A stretch of DNA of 64,000 nt from an uncultured Verrucomicrobiae bacterium. Lineage in GTDB: Bacteria; Verrucomicrobiota; Verrucomicrobiia; Chthoniobacterales; JAFAMB01. Positions 56,666 through 64,000 of the stretch are shown here, in pieces. The DNA is taken from assembly GCA_963837955.1 (NCBI GenBank), contig CAWIPH010000001.1, forward strand, positions 288,001-352,000, read 5' to 3'. Position 1 is the first letter of the stretch. Every line of letters begins with the position of its first letter. Below the pieces are notes generated by a model, which saw only the letters and a list, made by a program, of their open reading frames with translations, ran no database searches and was not told where the DNA came from. The position numbers were made by a program, and so were the translations under genes.

Positions 56666-57748
56666 TCAACTGAATCGGACTTCCCCCCCGGTCAGACTGG
56701 ATTGATAGATCGCATCAAGCATCTCCATGAGCTGCACGGCCTGAACTGAACTGTTGATCGGTGCTTCGATGCCGTGAATTGCCCGGACAAAGTTTTGCAT
56801 TTGCGGGATGAACTCATGTGGAACGGAGGCGTAGTGAAGATCAACCCGCTCCAGCTTTCCATCTCGGTCCTCAAAGAGACTTAGACTCGGTACCTTCTGC
56901 GCCGGGTCTGATTGTTGATCATCCACGATACGGATCGATCCTTTAGGGCCAAAGACTACCGTACTGAAGAGTTCCCGAGATCCAAATCTGTTGAATGGAA
57001 TGTCGTCGGTCAGATTGGCCGCCCAGGAAACTTCGAAAAGCAGCGACCCGCCGTTCTCGAATCGGATCATTCCGTAAGCACTATCTTCGACATCGAAAAT
57101 CGGGACTTTGACCAACTGCGGAAATTTCTGGTAGGTCTGCGCGGAAACTGAACGAGGCTTGGGCGTGCCCATGAGATACCATGCCGCATCGATGGCGTGG
57201 ATGCCGATATCGATGAGCGCGCCGCCGCCTGAACGGGAGCGATCGGTGAACCAGCCATCAATCCCTCCTGGAGTTCCTCGGGAACGTACCCACATCGTTT
57301 TCGCGAAATAGATCTCGCCAAGGCGTCGCTCGCCTACCACCTTTCGGGCCGCCTGATTCGGGCCAGAAAAGCGCATTTGGCGTCCGAAGAAATAGATTAA
57401 TCCGCGCTTGGCCGCTTCAGCGTGCAGGCCTCGCATCTGCTCGGCATTTAGCGTGGGAGGTTTCTCACACAGAACATGTTTCCCGGCTTCCAACGCCTTC
57501 AGGGTGATCGGGTAATGCAACGAGTTGGGCAGACTGACAACAACGGCATGCAGCGCGGGATCCGCCAACATTTCCTGGTAATCCGAAAAGATTTTAGTTG
57601 GCGCATATTTCTGACGAAAATTGTTGCGGCGTTTTTCGTCCAGATCACACGCCGCATACAGTTCTGCAACGCCGCTTCCTTGCACTCCCTCGGCATGACG
57701 TTCGCCAGGCCAGCCGAGGCCGATAATTCCGATATTCAGCTTTTGCAT
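56666..57748 (-). CDS. Gfo/Idh/MocA oxidoreductase
   Basis: IGIIGLG, GKHVLCEKP, GGGALIDIGIH. Confidence 0.93.
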   Translation of the reverse strand: MQKLNIGIIGLGWPGERHAEGVQGSGVAELYAACDLDEKRRNNFRQKYAPTKIFSDYQEMLADPALHAVVVSLPNSLHYPITLKALEAGKHVLCEKPPTLNAEQMRGLHAEAAKRGLIYFFGRQMRFSGPNQAARKVVGERRLGEIYFAKTMWVRSRGTPGGIDGWFTDRSRSGGGALIDIGIHAIDAAWYLMGTPKPRSVSAQTYQKFPQLVKVPIFDVEDSAYGMIRFENGGSLLFEVSWAANLTDDIPFNRFGSRELFSTVVFGPKGSIRIVDDQQSDPAQKVPSLSLFEDRDGKLERVDLHYASVPHEFIPQMQNFVRAIHGIEAPINSSVQAVQLMEMLDAIYQSSLTGGEVRFS

Positions 57749-57948
57749 GCTAAAAGAGGTTTACCATTGGCGGGCTAAAATGCATCTGGCAAAGCCAGGA
57801 ACGCCGGCTTGTCCGACGAAGCATGCCGGAGTTTCAAACGACGGAGCGAAGTCGGAGAGCGCCGGGAACGCCGGGAGCGCCGGGAGTGATGGAGTGATGG
57901 AGTAGCGGAACCGAGGGAGCGACCAGTTTTGTTCGGCGGATAGCCGCT

Positions 57949-58267
57949 AGCGCCGAAGGCGTGTCTCAAGATAGCCTAAGGGTGAAGCCCTAGGAAACCG
58001 AGACACCCCCCAAGCGATCAAGCGCTGAAGGTGCGTGTCAGACGTTACCTATGCCGGGCACATCGATCGAACGCCAGCACGGAGCCTGAGGAGAAGTTCC
58101 TCTTCGAACGAATTTTCGGTGGTGAACCAGGGAGATTTCCAAGGATCGAAGCACATGTTCACAACATCATACATCTATGTTCTGTCACGCACCTTCAGAT
58201 GCGTGACCCATAGGGGCTGATTCTGGGCTTCGCCCACTAGGCTATCTTGAAGCACGCCTTCGGCGCT
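57949..58267. repeat. Composite palindromic repeat (family B-like) with 29-bp outer inverted repeats
   Basis: AGCGCCGAAGGCGTGTCTCAAGATAGCCT / AGGCTATCTTGAAGCACGCCTTCGGCGCT; inner CTGAAGGTGCGTG / CACGCACCTTCAG. Confidence 0.85.
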
Positions 58268-58395
58268 GAAGACCCGCTCGTCAAAATTTAGTAACCGAAG
58301 TGCGACTGCTTACTGTTCACCGCTCACGAATCACCAATCACAAATCACCAATGACGGCGTTCAGCGCTCGGCGATCCCGGGTTCTCGTTCCTCCG

Positions 58396-59793
58396 TTATT
58401 CCGAACTCGGCGAGGGTTGCACCGTCGGGCTTGGCTCGGCCAAGTCAGGTTCTTTTTCTGAGTTCGAGAGAGAATCGCCTAAGTAGTATAGCGGTAACGC
58501 GGCGAGCTGACCTAGGATGTCCCCGAAATCTTTGTTCCCTCGTACGATGCTGATGAAACCGCTGTCGGTTCGGCTCAACACCGAATAGCTTTCATAATCT
58601 CGCATGAACCCAGCCAGCGACTTCAGGCCGGCAGCGGAAACAGTAGAGACGTTGCCGAGCTGTTTCTCTTGCAGAGCATAATAAGTGTTTTGGAATTGCT
58701 TACTAACGTATTGCACGGAGTTTCCGTGGTCCGGCAGCCCCTTCGAAATCGTGCTGAAGTCAGTTCGAGTCTTCAGTCCCGGAATCTTTCCGCTCTTGGT
58801 ATCTTTCAGCGCACGCACCAATTTGTCGTTCGACGCGATGACCAAATAATCGTCAAACCGCGCCAGGACGGGATGGAGGTATGGTACGGAATCCGCCATC
58901 TTGATAATCCGAAGCCGAAAATTTGGTTCATCCACCTTTTCCACGTCTTGGCTGAGCATGGCGAGCGCTTCCATCATGTTGAAAAGTTTTTCGTCTCGAA
59001 CTTTCCAAAGAATCGCTGCGGCCGGTTCGGCGATTTCCTGTTCGCCGCCCGCCGCCGGTATTTTCACTTTCGAAGCCGGATCGAGAGTCACGATATAGCC
59101 AGCTTGATCACCCAATGAGGCCAGGATTTCGGAGAGGTCCATTCCGGTCATACCAGCGACTTGCTTGGGAAAATCCTGCGCGAATTGAACTGCATCCGGA
59201 ATGTTGGAAGCAGCCAGATCCTTTGCTAAGGAGCTCCAGAGCGCCGAGAGATCGATATCGAAAAAAGCGAACGCCTCGGTATTAGCCGGCACGAAGTCGA
59301 CCGCGTCGAACGAATGCGGTTGCTTACAAAATGTCGACCAAAGAAATCCGGTCGGCTCCGGGGCAAAACCAACTGATTTTGTTAGGTAGGAGCTCGGTGA
59401 TTCTTGCTTGGAACTACCCCCCATTGCCTGCAATCCTGTAACCCCGCTCGAGTTTATTAACTGCAGGGCGAGGTCAAACTGCTGCTTTGCTTTGGCCGAC
59501 TGCTCAGGCGTTAGTTTCCCGGAAAGCACGGTGGCATCACGGGCAGCGGTGATGCCTTTGGCGATCTGTGCTAAGATCTTGTCGGTCTCGCAATAGTAGT
59601 AGAGTCCTCCTTCTGCGTCTAATTGCGAGGTGACAGTCGCGTAAGGCGTTTTGGCTGCGGGAGTGGAAACGGCGGCAGGCGCCGGGATTGGGGTCGGGCT
59701 ACCCTCCGCTTTGTTCGAAACGGCCGGCTGGTTGTTACAGCCGCTGACGAGAAAGGCGAGGAACAAAACGGTCGGGAGGCTGCGCTTGATCAT
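58396..59793 (-). CDS. Hypothetical lipoprotein
   Basis: Lipobox LVSGC, Pro/Ala-rich linker, 465-aa ORF. Confidence 0.8.
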   Translation of the reverse strand: MIKRSLPTVLFLAFLVSGCNNQPAVSNKAEGSPTPIPAPAAVSTPAAKTPYATVTSQLDAEGGLYYYCETDKILAQIAKGITAARDATVLSGKLTPEQSAKAKQQFDLALQLINSSGVTGLQAMGGSSKQESPSSYLTKSVGFAPEPTGFLWSTFCKQPHSFDAVDFVPANTEAFAFFDIDLSALWSSLAKDLAASNIPDAVQFAQDFPKQVAGMTGMDLSEILASLGDQAGYIVTLDPASKVKIPAAGGEQEIAEPAAAILWKVRDEKLFNMMEALAMLSQDVEKVDEPNFRLRIIKMADSVPYLHPVLARFDDYLVIASNDKLVRALKDTKSGKIPGLKTRTDFSTISKGLPDHGNSVQYVSKQFQNTYYALQEKQLGNVSTVSAAGLKSLAGFMRDYESYSVLSRTDSGFISIVRGNKDFGDILGQLAALPLYYLGDSLSNSEKEPDLAEPSPTVQPSPSSE

Positions 59794-59921
59794 AGGTGAG
59801 GGGTCCAGGGAGATTGCCTTGACTGTGCAACGAGTGACGAGACAATTTTGGTCATTTGCAGCAACTTTTCGACGGCGTTGGTTGCGCGGCAGGCGGAATG
59901 ACGCTCAGTCTTAATCAGAAA

Positions 59922-60980
59922 ATGAGTTCTCGATTTTCCATAGAAGAGATAAAACAAGCGGCTCAGTCAGGGACCGTAACGGGTATTGTTCATGCCCAGA
60001 TCGAGACCAACAACGAGCGCCGCACCCGCGAGCTGAAACCATTTCTGGAACTCACCGTTCGGGACCTGACCGGCTTTTTAGTGGTCCGGGTTTGGCAGGA
60101 TCATCCTTATTTTGGCTTTTGTGGCGAGTTGCCGCCGGGTACGTGTGTAGCGCTAGAGGGGGAATTCGTCTTAGGCACGACGTTTGGGTTGGAGCCCAGG
60201 AATTGGTCAATCCGATCTTTGACCTCGGAAGAGAGACTTGCTCTTTTTGCAGGGTCACCGGAATCGCAGGAGCTTCAGCGGCGAGCTTACACGGAAATCG
60301 AAGAGGCGGTCGCCTCCATGGTGGACCCGCGTTTGCGGCGGCTGAGCGAGCTTTTTTTAGAAGAGTTCGGGGATCGGTTCCGAAGAACAGCCGGCGCTCG
60401 CCACGTTCATCACGCGCGTCGCGGGGGCTTGGTAGAGCACGTTTCCCAAATGCTTCGGACCGCGAAAGCATTGGCCTGCGTATACCCTGATCTCAATCGC
60501 GACCTCTTACTCGCTGGCGTACTTTTTCACGACGCCGGTAAAATGTGGGAGAACGCCTTTGCCAAAGACGGCTTTCAAATGCCTTATGATGTGTTGGGCG
60601 AACTGGTCGGTCATATCACAATCGGAGCGGAGGTGGTTAACCGGCTCTGGACCAAACTTCGGCAGGAGCATGTTTACGAATCCTGGAAAGACGCGAAACC
60701 CGAGAGCGAATTGGTCCGATGGCATCTGCTACACTTGGTCGCGGCACACCACGGAGAAAAACAGTTCGGGTCGCCGGTTGAACCAAAGACTCCGGAAGCA
60801 ATCGCGTTGCATCTGATCGACAATTTAGACGCGAAGCTCGAGATTATGGCGGGCGCGTATCGCACTGGGCATCGACTCGGGCCAGAAGTTATCGAGCGAG
60901 TTCGGCCGTTGCCCAGCCACTTGGTAGAGCCGCTTCCGGTCTTTGAGTCGGGAAATCAATCCAAACCCCCGAGGCCTTGA
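59922..60980 (+). CDS. OB-fold + HD-domain 3'-5' exoribonuclease (YhaM/Cbf1-like)
   Basis: FLELTVRDLTG, VHHARRGGLVEH, LFHDAGK, GELVGHI, AHHG, IDNLDAK. Confidence 0.88.
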   Translation: MSSRFSIEEIKQAAQSGTVTGIVHAQIETNNERRTRELKPFLELTVRDLTGFLVVRVWQDHPYFGFCGELPPGTCVALEGEFVLGTTFGLEPRNWSIRSLTSEERLALFAGSPESQELQRRAYTEIEEAVASMVDPRLRRLSELFLEEFGDRFRRTAGARHVHHARRGGLVEHVSQMLRTAKALACVYPDLNRDLLLAGVLFHDAGKMWENAFAKDGFQMPYDVLGELVGHITIGAEVVNRLWTKLRQEHVYESWKDAKPESELVRWHLLHLVAAHHGEKQFGSPVEPKTPEAIALHLIDNLDAKLEIMAGAYRTGHRLGPEVIERVRPLPSHLVEPLPVFESGNQSKPPRP

Positions 60981-61183
60981 GGCTCGTGGCGAGGTAGGGT
61001 GTGTCGCGCCCGACTCCGCGCGCGTGTCTCTTTGCCGGGGAGGGCGCACGTCCTCGTGCGCCGCGGATCGCGAGGACGCGATCCCTCCCGCCCGGGGTTT
61101 TAACCCCGGGAAACGTCCCAAACGTTCCGCCCTCATAAGGAACATGGTGGAGTTTAGCGTGGAGTTCACAGCGGAGATCGGTC

Positions 61184-62593
61184 TCAGGTAGCGATAGGAG
61201 TCAGTTGGTAGCCCATCTGGCGGGCAGCAGAGGAGAGTCGTTTGAGACGTCGGGTCTGATTGGCCTTTTCGTAAGCAGCAAAGATGGTCAGATCAAAGGG
61301 GACTCGATGAACGATGAGGTGCCAGAGGATTCTGGCTAATTGGTGGGCCATGGCGGTGATAGCCTTGGGAGCACCTAGTTTGGCGCGCAAGCGTCGGTAT
61401 TTGTCTCCCAGGTAGCTCTTATCATGGTGCAAGGAAGAGGCAGCCATGCGCAATGCCTGTCGAACCCGATTTTGGCTGCGACGGGTCGCTCGGCGAAGCA
61501 CTTTGCTAGCGCTGGTCTCGTTATCCGGACACAGACAGAGCCAGGAACTAAAGTGGTGTGCGCTCTTGAAAGCACCCAGGTCATTACCTAGCTCGGTCAT
61601 CAGGGTAATACCGGTGAGAACGCTGATGCTTGGGATAGCGGTCAGATCAACGCCAAAGAAGCGAGAGAGTTCTTCTCGCCAAGGCCCCGGGGGTTCATTC
61701 TTGCTGGTTTTCCTGCGCGGTTTGCTGGGCCGGGCAACGGGATGAGAGCCGGCTGCTTGCGTGCTCAAGCGCACGGTCTTGATCGGCTTGGCCAGAGTAG
61801 TACAGGCTTCCAATTGGCGGGTGTATTCCAGCAGCTGTTGATCACATTTTTGGATTTGGTGTTGAGCCTGCTTCCAATTTTCCCAGGCCACTTTTAAAAC
61901 AAAGAGGTGTTCGCTGCGCCAATCGCCCTCCAAGGCTTTGACGATGGTTTGTTGGGAAGCTTTGATTCGGTGATCGCGATGCTTGGCCAATTGGTGTGGG
62001 TCTCGCTCACCCTCTAAAATGGCCTCGATGATCGCCAGCCCCGTCATGCCCGTCAGATCGTCGATGACGTGGTGGAGCTTAATATTCATTTGATCCAAGG
62101 CCGCCTGCATATGCTGGAGATGCTGAGCAGCCTGGGTGAGCAGATTTTGCCGATAGCGGTAAATGCTCCGCGCGGCACAGATGGCTTGATCGGGCCGATA
62201 AGAAGCCCGCAATAGACCCACGCTGTGGAGGTACTGCAACCATTGACAGTCGCCCACGTCACTTTTGCGACCCGGTACATTTTTGACATGCCGGGCGTTG
62301 ACTAAACAGACCTTCAGTCCGGCATCGGCCAGAAGCTGATAGAGTGGAATCCAGTAAACACCGGTCGATTCCATTGCTACGGTACGAATCCCGCAATCTC
62401 GCAGCCACTGGACAATGGCCTTGAGCTCCTGAGTAAATGCACCAAATCTTCTGATTGGCTTCTCGCTACGATCAGGCGCTACAGCAACCCAGATTTCATT
62501 GGCTCCTACATCAATGCCAGCCGCATCGGGCTCTGGCTCGTGTAACGGTTTTGGCGCTTCGGACTTGGTTTTTGTCTTCTCGTGTTGTTTCAT
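61184..62593 (-). CDS. IS110-family recombinase/transposase (469 aa)
   Basis: DEDD RuvC-like motifs GIDVG, AMESTG, RKSDVGD; C-terminal LTAIPSI...FKSAHHFSSWLCLCP...TS...AITAMAHQLAR. Confidence 0.95.
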   Translation of the reverse strand: MKQHEKTKTKSEAPKPLHEPEPDAAGIDVGANEIWVAVAPDRSEKPIRRFGAFTQELKAIVQWLRDCGIRTVAMESTGVYWIPLYQLLADAGLKVCLVNARHVKNVPGRKSDVGDCQWLQYLHSVGLLRASYRPDQAICAARSIYRYRQNLLTQAAQHLQHMQAALDQMNIKLHHVIDDLTGMTGLAIIEAILEGERDPHQLAKHRDHRIKASQQTIVKALEGDWRSEHLFVLKVAWENWKQAQHQIQKCDQQLLEYTRQLEACTTLAKPIKTVRLSTQAAGSHPVARPSKPRRKTSKNEPPGPWREELSRFFGVDLTAIPSISVLTGITLMTELGNDLGAFKSAHHFSSWLCLCPDNETSASKVLRRATRRSQNRVRQALRMAASSLHHDKSYLGDKYRRLRAKLGAPKAITAMAHQLARILWHLIVHRVPFDLTIFAAYEKANQTRRLKRLSSAARQMGYQLTPIAT

Positions 62594-62609
62594 TCTCTCG
62601 TTGATTAGC

Positions 62610-62796
62610 CAACGAAGGAGGCTTGGCTCAGACGGCGAAAGATCGAGACATTCTCATAAACGGGGTCTTGCAAGCACCACAGTGCTTTCCAGCCACCAGT
62701 GAAAAAATCGTAGCGTCTGATTCCATGCTGAAAGGCGGGTTTAGTTACTGCTAAACACCACTGGGCAAGCGGATTACTTGCCAAGCCTCCTCGTTG
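62610..62796 (-). ncRNA. Putative bridge/seek RNA of the IS110 element
   Basis: 17-bp closing helix (62610-62627 with 62780-62796); two guide-hairpin-guide loops whose guides match the target and an element end; transcript ends unknown. Confidence 0.7.
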
Positions 62797-63022
62797 CATC
62801 CCTCCTCTTAGCGAAGGAAGACTCCACTACGCCACTAAATGAATGTTCCTACGGTGAAAAACACCCGCGCAGCCGGGTTGAAGCTGCTGAAGGGGCGCTA
62901 GATTAGATGCGCCCATCGGATTCACGGCTGCGACATTGGATCCTGGTGCCCCTACAGGGCAGATCGCGTTAATACGATTAATCCCCGGGGTTGCGCAAAG
63001 CCTCCACCCCGGGCTGAGTCCT

Positions 63023-63525
63023 TGTGTGTTTCGAGTCTGGGTAACACATTTGTGTCACTATTGAGGTGACACTGTGTGTCATAATTTGAGTGACACTTGT
63101 GAGCAGAGAGAGCGTGCTTTGGTGGGCAGGCGGAAACCCCCAAGAACAAGGCTTAGACTGCTTTGAGCGGTTCTCTGGATGGAGCGTGCAACGTTTTGGG
63201 GTTGATTGGAGGGAGCGAGGAACGAGCGAATGAAGATCGAACGCAAATGTGGTTATCTCCTGGCGCGAAACCGCTCCAGATCAAGCTCGAAACGGAATAA
63301 ATGGAGGGGACCTGCCGAAGGCGGGGGGCCGCCGGTTATGCCGGATTTGAGCTTGATCTGGAGTGGCGCAGCGCCCGCCAGGGATAGCGTACCAAGAGCC
63401 TCCAAGACCAGACGCAGAACTCCAGGCCCTGTTACCTTTTCTCTGACACACCCCGTGGCTTTTTCGCCTTCCAAGTGTCACCCAATTAGTGACACAAAAG
63501 TGTCACCCAAATGTGAAACCGGACC
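63023..63525. mobile_element. Non-autonomous element (MITE-like) with TGT...ACC ends and repeated GTGTCAC-N7/8-GTGACAC boxes
   Basis: ~50-bp imperfect terminal IRs; TCCT on both sides; interrupts a family B repeat. Confidence 0.7.
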
Positions 63526-64000
63526 TCCTAGCGCCCCTTCGGGGCAGGAGAACCGGGCATCGCACTTACGTTGACGCGCAGGCACGGAATGCGTAGCCTC
63601 GGCCGCTTCGCCAAGCCTTCCGACTTCGCCAATTCGTCAACCGTGGCTTGAAAACATCGGGAAGCGCCTTCGTCGGACAAGCCGGCGAGATACACATGCT
63701 TAATCACTGAGCGACACACCCTACCTCCAAAAGGAGAACGGCCAAACGCAGGCATTTGGCCGTCCCAAGCGTCTCTTTAGCTTCTAAGCCTCGATGAATA
63801 GCCGAACAAATTTCTCGGCGCTCCATTCTGCGCCAAGTCATCCATAGGATCAGCTAACGTTGCCCTTCTTGCTAACGTTCATGACTGCTTGGAGAGCCAT
63901 TGAGACGAGTCTCTCGACTGGGCGAAATGTAACGAGACTCGAACAAATTAGGCAAGCGCAGGTTGCAGTTTTCTTTCCTCTGTATCCGGAGTCTCACCTC

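Larger units (their letters stand above)
61134..62888 (-). mobile_element. IS110-family insertion sequence, ~1755 bp, with a CT core at both junctions
   Basis: Removing it restores the palindrome CGCCCTGAAGGGGCG; sub-terminal IR AGGAACAT (61138-61145) / ATGTTCCT (62843-62850). Confidence 0.85.

Noticed and set aside
62843..62862. Alternative IS110 right boundary just after the sub-terminal IR
   Set aside because: It does not restore the host palindrome, whereas the CT at 62887-88 does and agrees with the mirror arm.
63206..63574. ORFs inside the TGT-ended element
   Set aside because: No recognisable transposase motif, they overlap the end repeats, and composition is atypical.

Overview
A 64-kb bacterial chromosomal window, tentatively Verrucomicrobiota-like (inferred from gene content and protein style only). 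It carries housekeeping genes (infA, rarA, sppA, sucC/sucD/gltA, riboflavin synthase, trxB, two Hsp20s, recA, alaS, tRNA-Val(GAC), a YhaM-like HD nuclease) and a ~19-kb exopolysaccharide locus with an exosortase/EpsI pair. The distal 13 kb of that locus is full of frameshifts, probably consensus errors. Many intergenic gaps hold palindromic REP/REPIN-like repeats from several families. The main finding is an intact IS110-family element (~61134-62888) inserted at a CT core inside one of these palindromes. Its upstream non-coding end contains a readable bridge-RNA-like structure: three guide segments match the reconstituted target and one element end, while the fourth matches an internal site instead of the junction. 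The same host repeat also carries a 503-bp TGT-ended non-autonomous element. A separate ~30-65-bp micro-element is found inserted into the centres of other repeats.
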